A stretch of DNA of 60,150 nucleotides, the filler included, from Nemertoderma westbladi (Eukaryota > Animalia > Xenacoelomorpha), in NCBI GenBank assembly GCA_032718475.1. It is 4 parts of 4 records of this genome, joined end to end, with 100 filler letters (N's around TTAATTAATTAA, not from the genome) between each part and the next. Parts side by side here need not be neighbours in the genome. Positions count along the whole stretch, not along the records: positions 26,648 to 41,357 come from JAUCBJ010008271.1; positions 41,458 to 53,402 come from JAUCBJ010001689.1; 2 more parts are not named here. One strand, given 5' to 3'. Positions 34,638 to 46,663 of the stretch are shown in pieces. Position numbers and translations under genes: made by a program. The notes below the pieces were generated by a model, which was given only the letters and a program-made list of their open reading frames with translations, was not told the origin of the DNA and searched no databases. Position 1 is the first letter of the stretch; each line of letters opens with the position of its first letter.

Positions 34638-35195
34638 TTATTGTTCGAGGATATACTTTGGTTCCTAACGGACCCAAAGCACCCCTCACACCCGGTTTCT
34701 CTTTTTCCCTCTTCCCAGAGGTTTTTCTATGGTGTTACGTACAGTACATTATTGTTCGAGGATATACTTTGGTTCCTAACGGACCCAAAGCACCCCCAAC
34801 ACCCGGTTTCTCTTTTTCCCTCTTCCCAGAGGTTTTTCTATGGTGTTACGTACAGTACATTATTGTTCGAGGATATACTTTGGTTCCTAACGGACCCATA
34901 CCACCACCCACACCCGGTTTCTATTTTCCCTCTTCCCAGAAGTTTTTCTATGGTGTTACGTACAGTACATTATTGTTCGAGGATATACTTTGGTTCCTAA
35001 CGGACCCAAAGCACCCCTCACACCCGGTTTCTCTTTTTCCCTCTTCCCAGAGGTTTTTCTATGGTGTTACGTACAGTACATTATTGTTGGAGGTTATACT
35101 TTGGTTCCTAACGAACCCAAAGCACCCCTCACACCCGGTTTCTCTTTTTCCCTCTTCCCAGAGGTTTTTCAATAGTGTTTCGTACAGTACATTAT
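34638..35195. repeat. 111-bp tandem repeat, 5 copies
   Basis: TATTGTT(C/G)GAGG at 34639, 34750, 34861, 34971 and 35082. Confidence 0.95.
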
Positions 35196-36095
35196 TTTTA
35201 TCCGAAGGAAGACATTAATAACATCTGGAAAATATAAATCACTGTGTTTTTGAACTGTAGAAGAAAAGTTGTAGAAGTCAGTAAAGTACAAGTCGTTGTA
35301 AGTCCGTGTTTTATGCGAGTTATACTGCGTTCGTCATCACGAACGAGAAACCCAATCAGTAAACGAAGTGAGTTAGCACTTGGAAATATTTTGAGATACT
35401 TTTAAAAGCCGTTTAGGAGCCTATCGTGCTGAAGGCACGAGAAATCCTTTACATAAATCTTTGTTATTTTATATTCATGACAGCATTGCACTGCTGATAG
35501 GGAAACACCAAACTGTGAAACGGCAACGCAGCAAGTGACATTAATCAATACAAAAATAAGCAAACCAAAGCAATAAACCATGATTTGTTAGTTGCTTCCA
35601 TCTTACTGAATATTTCAATCTTTAAAATAAACTAAAACGCACTCATGTGCCGCGGCGCGAAGGAATTCCAAAGTTACTGCTGTGTTACGTACGTGTAGCC
35701 TAGTGACCAATTAAATGTTACGCTATTGAATATACCTACTGTATAAAGCATTATTGCATACCTCTACTACAGTACATACATCAGTGCTATACAATACATA
35801 CACTGCACACAATTAAATCATAATTCGCTGCCAAAATCGCATAGATGCGTAATTAATAATATAATATATTAAGATGTTAGCGAATCGCAAATGCTTTGCA
35901 CACCATTTCGAAATTCTAATGTTATTTTTATTTCTTAAAAGATGAACTTCCGGTGACAATGAAATATTATATTTTTGTTAAAATTTATATTCGAATAATG
36001 TAAATGTGTTAATTATTTAATTAAAACAACTATATACTCAGATGATACATTGTATTTCGGTTTCGAAAAATGTGTTTCTGACTCCTGGCTGACAC

Positions 36096-36213
36096 ATGGA
36101 GCGAATTGTGGTCTGCGTTGCCTTGGTAACTGCCATTGTTCTCACGACAGGAATAACAGCAGCAGAGGAGTCTAACGATTCGCCTGGACAAATAACAGAT
36201 GAAGTTCTCTTAG
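36096..36213 (+). CDS. Secreted ZP-domain protein, exon 1 (signal peptide)
   Basis: MERIVVCVALVTAIVLTTGITAAEESNDSPGQITDEVLL. The phase-1 donor GTAAAC is compatible with exon 2. Too short for the ORF track. Confidence 0.75.
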
Positions 36214-36304
36214 GTAAACTGTTTACCGTATTACCGAAGTTCTATTAGGTAAACTGTTTACCGTATTACCGAAGTTCTCTTAGGTAAACTGTTTACCGTA
36301 TTAC
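36201..36304. repeat. 35-bp tandem triplication spanning the exon-1 splice donor
   Basis: GAAGTTCT(C/A)TTAGGTAAACTGTTTACCGTATTAC at 36201, 36236 and 36271. Confidence 0.9.
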
Positions 36305-37108
36305 ACACCAACATTACTGATGGAGGTGACATTAATATCGCGACAACACAAACTACTAACCAAGTTATCAATGAGTCAATATACTGTAGGACCTGCCTGT
36401 TAAAACCAAGTATTACCCTGCATAGAGATAAACAGATTAGACCACTTAGCAGGTCACTGCGAGAAAAGGAAAACCCAGCCAGCAGTATATCTCTTGTTAA
36501 GCAAGGCAGTCCTTCGCATCGAGAAATCAGACAATTCCTTATTGCAGACTTCGGCAGGTTTCTTAATGAGTACAGCCCTACAGAGTGATAGTTTGTATTT
36601 TTAACATGGAAGTTCAGCAGAACATTGTTTCCATGACTACCGATAATGAATTCCGGAAACAAACTATCTAAATTCTAAATACACAACTAGATCATAAATA
36701 ATTACAATTATTTTCTCATTTTCTGTCTTGGTAACAAGTTATCAAGATAATTAAATCACTGACATGCAGTTAATTTATTAAATGTATTTTTTATTGTTTT
36801 ATTGTTATTGTTTTACAGTCTCCATTTTGCATGCAAATATATGCATTTATATCTTAATTTAAAGAATAATATATACATATATATATATATATTGTTCTGG
36901 AATTATATAGGGAAGTTATGTAATTAAATATAATAGGTCCAACCGAAATAATTAAAATCAAGTTTAGCTTAGGGGGAAACGTAGCAGGAATGTGTAAAAT
37001 TTGAAAATAACGACAGATCAACACGGACATAGATCAACAGACAGACAGACTGACAGACAACACTAATTATTGTAACATTAACGTTGTTTGTCATCTTATA
37101 CGTTTTAG

Positions 37109-37300
37109 ATCTCTGGAGGACAGGAGTAGAACTGAAATGTTTAGAAACATCAATGCGAGTTGCCGTAGAAAACAAGATAGCTAACCCTAAAGACACCATG
37201 CTTGACCGCAGTTGCTATGGATCTGATAACGGGACTCATATGGTGTGGAGCATTGTCTACAGCAGTAACGGTTGCGGTCTCAAAAAACTTACAGCAGGCG
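37109..37300 (+). CDS. ZP-domain protein, exon 2 (ZP-N, first three Cys)
   Basis: VELKCLETSMRVAV..LDRSCYGSDNGTHMVWSIVYSSNGCG. TAG acceptor, GTACGT donor, phase 1/1. Confidence 0.82.
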
Positions 37301-38528
37301 GTACGTGTTATTTGTTGGTTACGGTTATGTTCAACCAAGGCGTTCTACATAGAAATACAAATCCATTGTTTAGTAATAATACTGGAATATTAATGTTGGC
37401 AAGGATACAACAAAATTCTGCAGAGGATACATATATGTTTTCTAATGTGATATATTCGACAAAATATCTCATATTGATATGTAAAACATGCTTTGTAATA
37501 TTGAGGGACAACGGTTTATTATTGGTATTTACAATGGTTTATATACACCATAACCCTTAATACAACAACCATTTTTAGGGCCTAGAGGGTCGGAGCCCCC
37601 CCCCCCCTAATTTTTTTCAAATTTCAATAAAATGCTACGAAATTTGGTATGATGATAGATCGACACCTTTTCTTACTGGTGGCCTGGCAGGCTGGCTGGG
37701 TGTGTATGGTTTGTTATTGTAGGTTGGTCGATTTCTAGTATATCCTAATGTGAGACAGGTGTATAATAGTAGATAATTTAGCATTTAGTACCGGTATGAT
37801 TGCCACCAATAATCGGATTAAAAGCCTATGCGCTATGCTATGCCGACAACCGACAAACAGAGACTACCATTATTAATGATAGATAGATAGATAGATAGTT
37901 TATTGACCGTATAACAGTACATACTCTTGATAAAGCTGATTCATTGAGTCTCGATTATTGTTACTTAATATAGGCCTATAGTCGTGAGAAGTGGTTCGGT
38001 AACAGTCAATTGAAGCGAGTAATAGGTAGGAATTAATTTACTGCTGAAAATGAAGAAATAATTAGATAACTTAATCTAGGTCGTGAAGATGGTAGTACTG
38101 GTAGGCAGTAGCGGTGTAGTAAGAATTGCGTTATGTATATATTGTAGGCCTACAGTGTAGAGGGACTGTAGGAGTGGTACCGGTAGCCGGTAGGCCTATG
38201 GTGTTGTATTTGAAATTATATATTATTAAGATTAATTTATACTACTGTATTACTAACTTTAACTGAAGTACAATATAAGGAACTATTGAATTATAATATT
38301 TCATTATATTCTTATTAACTACCAACAACGGGGTTGGGGAAGATTACAAAAACATTTACATGATTGCTACAGTCCTACTGGATAAACCAGTAGAACCCCA
38401 TCATTTATGACAATTTTAATTTTAGTCACAAATACTGTATGTAATTTACAGTAGGAAATAATTGCATAAACTTGAATTATTAAAAATATTTCAGAAAGTC
38501 TCTTCTGCTTATCTCATATGTCTATTAA

Positions 38529-38606
38529 CCCTATTAGTACCGGGCTATTACATATTGTACAAATACCGGCGGAGGTGGGGGGGGGGGGGGGGGGGGGGGT
38601 CATATT
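38529..38606 (+). mobile_element. Solo left end of the piggyBac-type element seen intact at 58547
   Basis: TTAA-CCCTATTAGTACCGGGCTAT..TTGTACAAATACCGG(G)n-TCATATT matches 58547-58617. Confidence 0.8.
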
Positions 38607-38654
38607 GGTGAAAGGGCAGTTAACATTTACTAAAGTTTGCGTTATCGCTTGCAG

Positions 38655-38946
38655 ATGATTACATTGTTTACAAGAATACACTGATCCGTGAAACTGAAGA
38701 CGAGTCGGGAGTAACACGAGTTGATCGTGAGATAACTAGTGGAGAAGGGTCCAAGGGCCCAACGGGGGACGGGTTAGGGAGTGTGAATCGAGAGATATCA
38801 GTGTCTGTGTCGCTCAGCTGTATGTACTCACAGAACGGTGTTGTAACCGCCAACTTTAAACCGGAATTAGTTGCTAAAACCGATATATCCAAGTATACTA
38901 CGGCTTTAGACGTGTTTCCAGATGCAAAGTATTTAGGCCCTTATGG
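38655..38946 (+). CDS. ZP-domain protein, exon 3 (end of ZP-N, linker, start of ZP-C)
   Basis: DYIVYKNTLI...ISVSVSLSCMYSQNGVVTANF...LDVFPDAKYLGPY. CAG acceptor, GTAAGT donor, in frame with exon 2. Confidence 0.82.
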
Positions 38947-38977
38947 GTAAGTAATGCGGACCAGCGGAGTAGCGGTA

Positions 38978-39050
38978 TAATAATAATAATAATAATATTG
39001 GTTATTTATATAGCGCTTTTCTACGCTCAGCATACTCCTCAAAGCGCTTT
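38978..39050 (-). mobile_element. L2-type LINE/SINE 3' tail
   Basis: Minus strand AAAGCGCTTTGAG...AAAGCGCTATATAAAT...(TAT)n. Confidence 0.65.
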
Positions 39051-39380
39051 TATTATATACTTTTATCGTATACTTACAGATGCACGATTGCTCGAAAGCT
39101 ACGGTAGTATAATATAAATAACTCCGCCCAAAAATAATTTTATTTGGTGTTTGCATGTTCTTAGCCGCAAACTAATAAAGTTGGAAGAGTTTATGGTTAT
39201 TTTATACAAAAGATCCAATTTCTTTCAGTTTGCTTGTTAATTTAAATTTTTTTTTCCTAAAAGTTTCAATGAAACAAGCGGAATGAACGCAAATCTCACT
39301 GGGCTAATTAACATCTTGTTGAAATATTAAATTATAAATTAAGTAATTATTACATAAATCACTGCATTAAAGAAAAATAT

Positions 39381-40917
39381 GGGGGTCAACGCTACGCCTA
39401 CACCTACTACACCATACACATAGGCCTACATACATGTACAGTACCGTGGTACGTTTTGTGTGGGTGGGGGTATGTATGGTCGTCGTTACTAACGTGGGTG
39501 TAGTGTAGTGTAATTTTGTGTGGGTGGGGGTCGGTATAAATGGTCCTTTCACCCTGCCTCTGTAACCTGTTTCTTTACTAACGAGGGTGTAGTGTAGTGT
39601 AATTTTGTGTGGGTGGGGGTCGGTATGTATGGTCCTTTCACCCTGCCTCTGTAACCTGTTTCTTTACTAACGTGGGTGTAGTGTAGTGTAATTTAGTGTG
39701 GGTGGGGGTCGGTATGTATGGTCCTTTCACCCTCCCTCTGTAACCTGTTTCTTTACTATCGTGGGTGTAGTGTAGTGTAATTTTGTGTGGGTCGGGGTCG
39801 GTATAAATGGTCCTTTCACCCTACCTCTGTAACCTGTTTCTTTACTAACGTGAGTGTAGTGTAGTGTAATTTTGTGTTGGTGGGGGTCAGTATGTATGGT
39901 CCTTTCACCTACCTCTGTAACCTGTTTCTTTACTAACGTGGGTGTAGTGTAGTGTAATTTTGTGTGGGTGGGGGGGGGGGGGGTATGTATGGTCCTTTCA
40001 CCCTGCCTCTGTAACCTGTTTCTTTACTAACGTGGGTGTAGTGTAGTGTAATTTAGTGTGGGTGGGGGTCGGTATGTATGGTCCTTTCACCCTCCCTCTG
40101 TAACCTGTTTCTTTACTAACGTGGGTGTAGTGTAGTGTAATTTAGTGTGGGTGGGGGTCGGTATGTATGGTCCTTTCACCCTCCCTCTGTAACCTGTTTC
40201 TTTACTAACGTGGGTGTAGTGTAGTGTAATTTTGTGTGGGTGGGGGTCGGTATGTATGGTCCTTTCACCCTGCCTCTGTAACCTGTTTCTTTACTAACGT
40301 GGGTGTAGTGTAGTGTAATTTAGTGTGGGTGGGGGTCGGTATGTATGGTCCTTTCACCCTCCCTCTGTAACCTGTTTCTTTACTAACGTGGGTGTAGTGT
40401 AGTGTAATTTTGTGTGGGTGGGGGTCGGTATAAATGGTCCTTTCACCCTACCTCTGTAACCTGTTTCTTTACTAACGTGAGTGTAGTGTAGTGTAATTTT
40501 GTGTTGGTGGGGGTCAGTATGTATGGTCCTTTCACCTCTGTAACCTGTTTCTTTACTAACGTGGGTGTAGTGTAGTGTAATTTTGTGTGGGTGGGGGGGG
40601 GGGGGTATGTATGGTCCTTTCACCCTGCCTCTGTAACCTGTTTCTTTACTAACGTGGGTGTAGTGTAGTGTAATTTTGTGTTGGTGGGGGTCAGTATGTA
40701 TGGTCCTTTCACCTACCTCTGTAACCTGTTTCTTTACTAACGTGGGTGTAGTGTAGTGTAATTTTGTGTGGGTGGGGGGGGGGGGGGTATGTATGGTCCT
40801 TTCACCCTGCCTCTGTAACCTGCTTCTTTACTAACGAGGGTGTAGTGTAGTGTAGTGTAATTTTGGGTGGGTGGGGGTTTGTGTATATGCGTAGGTGTAG
40901 GCGCAGCGTTTTCCTCC
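39381..40917. mobile_element. MuDR-type non-autonomous element filled by an 89-bp tandem array (about 16 copies)
   Basis: TIR GGGGGTCAACGCTACGCCTACACCTAC versus revcomp GGAGGAAAACGCTGCGCCTACACCTAC. 9-bp flanks GAAAAATAT/AAAAAATAT (8 of 9 match). TGGTCCTTTCAC recurs every 89 bp or so. Confidence 0.8.
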
Positions 40918-41357
40918 AAAAAATATATTATAATGATAAATTGAATATTGAAAATGAACATTTTGCAGTCATCGATGTACCAAGTATTTGGTCTATGATT
41001 CAGTTAGCTGACGACTATCTAAAGCTATAATTAATTAATTCATAATAAAATACGCTACCCTTTTAAATTTATTCAAAAACATAAAAAATTAGCAAAACAC
41101 ATTCTTTTCACATCAAATAATTTACTTGTTGACCAAAAAAAATACATGTGAACTAATGTTATAAATTCGACAAAAAATTAAAACAACCGCCCCTAAACAC
41201 AAATTTACTACACTAAGACACATAAATCAAACAACAATAGTCAGATATATGATATTTATTTCCATTGAGTCATCTTTTTCTAACCTAAACAATAAACGAT
41301 GTTGTTACCAATAGAGAGAATGGAACAGGTTACAGAGACGGCTTTTTCTAACCTTAC

Positions 41358-41457
41358 NNNNNNNNNNNNNNNNNNNNNNNNNNNNNNNNNNNNNNNNNNN
41401 NTTAATTAATTAANNNNNNNNNNNNNNNNNNNNNNNNNNNNNNNNNNNNNNNNNNNN
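41358..41457. other. Artificial contig-joining spacer
   Basis: 44 N + TTAATTAATTAA + 44 N. Confidence 0.95.
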
Positions 41458-43029
41458 TACACGAAGTGGGGCCTTCGCGCAGCACGTGAAATGAGTTAAT
41501 GCTAAGTATCAACTCGAAAGGATTATAAAAACATAGGAGAAGATTTTCCCGGAAAACGTTAACCCTCTAGCGGGAGACTGGGTAACTGAAGAAGGAAGGA
41601 TTAGTTTCCCTACAAAGCCACATCCTATGGTCTATTACATATCTACCAAGTTTCCGATTGACGGATCATAAATAACGAAATGTTGGAAGGTTTTCACTTT
41701 CATACATTTAGCCCTCTAGCGGCATATTAAAGAACTACGGATCGATCACCTTCCTCACAAAGACGAGGCATGTGGTCTAGTACATACCGGTACTGTATAT
41801 TCCAAAATTCAGCTTAAATAGATTAAGATCAAGGAATTCGCAAAGGTTATCACTTTCCTACATTTCGCCCTCTAGCGGCAGACTCGAAAACTCCGGACCG
41901 ATTACTGTCCACACAAAGACTTAGGATGTCTTCTAGTACATATATGACAAGTTTCAGCGTAATCAGATCATAAACAACTAAATGGAAGAATAATTTCACA
42001 TTCGGGACATTTCGCCCTCTAGCGGCAGACTGGAGAACTGCAGACAGATTAGCCTCCTTTGAAATTTACAGCTAATGGTCTAGTACATACTTCCCAAGTT
42101 TCAGCTTAAACGGATTAAAAGCAAAGAAATGGGTGGCCATTTAATGTTTAGACATGTGGCCCTCTAGCGGGAGACTGGAAAACTTCGGACCGATTACAAT
42201 CCACACAAAGACTCAGGATGTCTTCTAGTACATATATGACAAGTTTCAGCGTAATCAGATCATAAACAACTAAATGGAAGAATAATTTCACATTCGGGAC
42301 ATTTCGCCCTCTAGCGGCAGACTGGAGAACTGCAGACAGATTAGCCTCCTTTGAAATTTACAGCTAATGGTCTAGTACATACTTCCCAAGTTTCAGCTTA
42401 AACGGATTAAAAGCAAAGAAATGGGTGGCCATTTAATGTTTAGACATGTGGCCCTCTAGCGGGAGACTGGAAAACTTCGGACCGATTACAATCCACACAA
42501 AGACTCAGGATGTCATCTAGTACATATATGACAAGTTTCAGCGTAATCAGATCATAAACAACTAAATGGAAGAATAATTTCACATTCGGGACATTTCGCC
42601 CTCTAGCGGCAGACTGGAGAACTGCAGACAGATTAGCCTCCTTTGAAATTTACAGCTAATGGTCTAGTACATACTTCCCAAGTTTCAGCTTAAACGGATT
42701 AAAAGCAAAGAAATGGGTGGCCATTTAATGTTTAGACATGTGGCCCTCTAGCGGGAGACCATTGCACTGATGGTGTCTGAAAGTCTCTCAAAAATCTCAA
42801 CTTTTGCTCATATTGATACCTACAAATTTTCAACTTGGCAGCTTTAAATCCGACAAAGTTATTAGCATGTCAAAATCGTAACGACGACGACAACGACGAC
42901 GACGACAACGACGACGACGACAACGACGACGACGACGACGACGACAACTATTTGCATAAATTGACCCACCCCCTAACAGTGTCAATTCGCTAAGGCTCCG
43001 CCAACTTCGTGGCTCGCCCCACAGCTAGT
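41458..43029 (+). mobile_element. Helitron/Helentron-type non-autonomous element (DINE/HINE-like) with about 146-bp monomers in 292-bp dimers
   Basis: Nine monomers, then an (ACG)n microsatellite at 42881-42947, then a GC-rich terminal region ending in CTAGT at 43025-43029. A short end fragment also occurs near 28975. Confidence 0.7.
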
Positions 43030-43924
43030 CATTATTCATTCAGACATACCGTATCTGTAGCATAGACGTAGGACCACAGTACGTAGTATGTAATAAAGTA
43101 GAACGTAGTACATAAATACAAGGACTAGACCTACTGATGTAGTCTTTAATATTCTTTCTATAATTCATATTGTAACATTTGAGTAATTTCAAAAAATGTA
43201 CACTTTACTTGACAACAAAAATTTACATGCAGTGTTTCTTAAGTAGTTCTTTCGTAATGTTACAGTTTTGGAATAAAACAACGTACCTACTGTACTTGTT
43301 GCATGTACTCTACTTATTTTCATTTCACCCACCCACTACTTTCGTTCGTTTAACAAACAACTCGGATTAGTGCAGCTGCAATATTATCAGCTCTCGGGGC
43401 AAATACCACACCCTGGTTTGCCATTCCACAGGGTGGGTGTCGCAATGGAGTCAGATATGAGGCCCATCACCCATATCTACTCTGGCGCACATGACCCACC
43501 ATTGGCTGTTGCAGCTCATCTGCTGGGTCATGCCCTGTACCCTTGCTGCCAGGTGCAGGTCGCAGTGAAGTGCTCTCAGAGTGGACATGAGAACACTCTG
43601 CTCCTGACTAGCCATTGGTAGATCACCATCTGCCTGGTCAGGCCATATACCCCTGCAGCCAAGTATATGGGTCCTTAATCCAGGACCAAGGGCGTCCTTA
43701 TCCCAGAACGAAGGGGGTCCTAGTTACAGGACCAGATTTGCCCTAGTAAGAGGGTCTATGCAGCTACAGGTGGCACCTCCTTTATGCTGCATGGAGGTGG
43801 CAAGTTTTCTTGATCAATGACCTAGAATACCTGACCTGACCGCAGCATATAACAATATTATAGATAACCGAATAAACTACAGGTACTGTACAGTATAACA
43901 GGCAGATTTTATGTTTTATACCAG

Positions 43925-44199
43925 TCAGCCCGGTGCAGCTTTGACGAGCCGGTGGAAGATTTTTCACCCGGCACAGCATTTTGCATTGCACAGAGCCGGC
44001 GCAGGATTTTTGCACCTGGCATGGGCGTGGGTTTGCACAGACAGACAGAGCCGGCGCAGGATTTTTTTGCACCCGGCGTGGTTTTGCACAGAGCCGGCGC
44101 AGGATTTTGTACACCCAGCATGGTTTTGCTCAGAGCCAGCGCAGGATTTTCAGCACCCGGCGCCGCGTTCGGCGCAGAAAATAAAACTTTTCATTAGGG
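43925..44199. repeat. Subterminal repeat array of a DNA transposon end (CACTA/EnSpm-like)
   Basis: Repeated CAGAGCCGGCGCAGGATTTT units ending in TTTTCATTAGGG. The partner end was not found. Confidence 0.45.
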
Positions 44200-46530
44200 G
44201 CCGGCGCGGAACAACCTCGCGGACCTCCTCTCTGAAGTTCTCTCCACAATTGTCAGCAACCCCAACTGCGTCGACTCGTGGGTCAACCTCCTCCTTGTCT
44301 GCCATCGCTGTATTCCTGCCCCTAAGCGTGGGGGCTGACGGCACACTCGATCCCTCGCGTCCCAGATCAATGGGCGATACGCGAGTACTGGAGCAACCTA
44401 CACCAACATCCGGAATCCCGATCCACCACCACCGGATCCCGCTGGCCCAAAAAACGAGACGACTCCATCCGTCTTGCTGCAGCTGTGGTAGAGAAGATTG
44501 AGGATGGCGATGTGAAGGGCGCCATTTGCCTGGCGTCTTCTAAAGACTCCATGGCGCCTAACACACCAGAGACTTTGGAGAGGCTGAAGTTGAAGCACCC
44601 CTCCCGACCGGACGACCAACAGACTCCTCCACCTCCCATGGCGACCCCAACAACTCCCCCCTGCTCGTCCGCGGTAGTCAGGAAACTCGTTGCGTCGTTC
44701 CCGTGCGGCAGCGCCAGCGGCCCCGACGGAATGCGGCCGCAGATCTTGAAAGATCTTATCGGCCACACGAACGGAGAAGCTGGAAACCGACTTGTCTCCA
44801 GTCTCTCCCGGTTCATCGAAGTCATGGCCGCCGGCACCATTCCGGAATCCATTCGCCCCACGTTCTTTGGCGCCAACCTGTTTGGTTTCTCCAAGCAAGG
44901 GGGTGGAGTCCTCCCCATGGCGGTGGGCAACACCCTACGGCGCCTAAACTCGAAGTTCATGGGGGAAATCACCAAGGAGGAACGGGCGGAGTCTTATGGG
45001 AGCGTCCAGCTCAGAATCGGGACAAAGAATGGCGCGGAGGCAGCCGCCCTCGCGGCGCGGTCGCTCGCCGCGGAGGACAATGTTCCGGGGACTGTGTTGC
45101 TGAAGGTCGACTTCAGCAACGCCTTCAACTCGGTACGGCGTGTAACACTCCTCGAGACTGTGTACCAGCATTACCCCAGCATGTACAACTACACGCTGGG
45201 GGCGTATTGAGAACCCAGCTTCCTCATCTACGGGGAGGATACCCTCCTCTCCGACGAGGGAGTCCAACAGGGGGACTCTGACGGACCTCGACTGTTCGGC
45301 GACACGGTGAACCCAACCATCCAGTCGCTGAAGTCGAGTTTTAACGTCTGGTACCTGGACGACGGGAACCTCGCCGGCGACTACCGAGTTGTTCTGGAGG
45401 ATCTACGTGTGGTGATAGAGGAAGGGAGGAAGTGAGGACTCGTTATCAACCCTGCAAAGAGCGAACTCTTCTTCCTTGGCGCCGAGTCAGACAAGTCCCG
45501 CGCGCACATCCATGGCGAGTTCGACGAGGTCTGTGCGGGCATCCAGGTCCGCCCGCTCGAGGACCTGACGATGCTCGGTGCCCCCATCGGGGTCGCTGCC
45601 ACCGTATCCTGCCTTTGGGAGAAGGCGGGAGACCTTGCCACGCTCGCCAGCCGGCTGCACCTCCTCGACTCTCACCACGCATACTTCCTCCTCCGTCATT
45701 CCTTCACCATCCCCCGGCTCACCTACTTCCTCCGTGCCGCGCCTTGCTTCCAGCACCCGGGACTCCTGGAGGAGTACAACTCAACTCTGCGGGGTGCCCT
45801 CCAGGAGATCGCGAACACCCGGATCTCAGGCCTGTTTCCCGGCCCGTATGGGTGGCCTCGGGTTGAGCTCTGCACTGCAGCTAGCACCTTCCGCCTTTTG
45901 GCTTCAGCTGCTGCATGCACAGCTCTCTCGAGCCGCTTATTTAAGCCCTCCAGACAACCCGCCTCGGTACCACGTGCCCACGAGGTGTGGAATGCCGCCC
46001 TCCCCGCCGGAACCACCACACAAACCGACACCACCATACAGAGGGCCTGGATGGATCCACTCCACGAGGCGAACTGCGCGGCACTGTGGGCGGCCACAAC
46101 AATGCCGCTCGAGATCGCCTACCTTAACGTCGTCGACGACCCGGTATCCGGTTGTTGGCTGGACGCAATTCCCATCAGCTCGCTGGGGCTGAAACTCACG
46201 GACTCCCAGTTCAGGGTTTCAGTCGCCATACGCCTCGGTTGCAAGGTAACTGAACCCCACAGGTGCTCCCAGTGCGGATCCGAAGTAAGACCGGATGGTC
46301 TCCATGGACTATCTTGTGTGAGCGCCTCCTCGCAGCCATCTTGATCGGCAACATGGCCTCCATCCTCGGCTCCATGGACCCTCTGTCCAACGGCCTCTAC
46401 GACGAGGTTTTGTCGCCAGCTGCCCCCGCGCCCCCTACTGACTCAGCGGGTTAGACTGATTTTGTACTTTTGTATATAGTTAGGTAGGTAGTTTATAGTA
46501 ATTTAGTTAGTGTGCTTCATTGTGTTTTAT
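44200..46530 (+). mobile_element. Second CRE-clade non-LTR retrotransposon, degenerate, with the endonuclease core deleted
   Basis: SASGPDG, KVDFSNAFNS, GVQQGD, WYLDDG, LGAPIG and CSQCG..HGLSC joined directly to the C-terminal AILIGNMASILGS. In-frame stops present. Confidence 0.85.
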
Positions 46531-46663
46531 ATATTAGAACGCTAGGTCCCTTAGGTGGTTTCTCAAAAATAGTGAAATTACAAATTGTGCACCTGCTCTG
46601 CACAAAATGTGAATGTTCATTTTGAACATAGACTTCACGATAACAATCTCTGAAACTGTGAAT

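Noticed and set aside
34595-35218. 207-aa hydrophobic repeat ORF (and ORFs in 21812-22072, 24685-24957, 39367-40961, 43782-44197)
   Set aside because: These are translations of non-coding tandem or subterminal repeats.
43380-43840. GC-rich stretch with a QGMT word suggesting a PIF1/Helitron helicase fragment
   Set aside because: Only one weak motif and short frames, which cannot be supported without a homology search.
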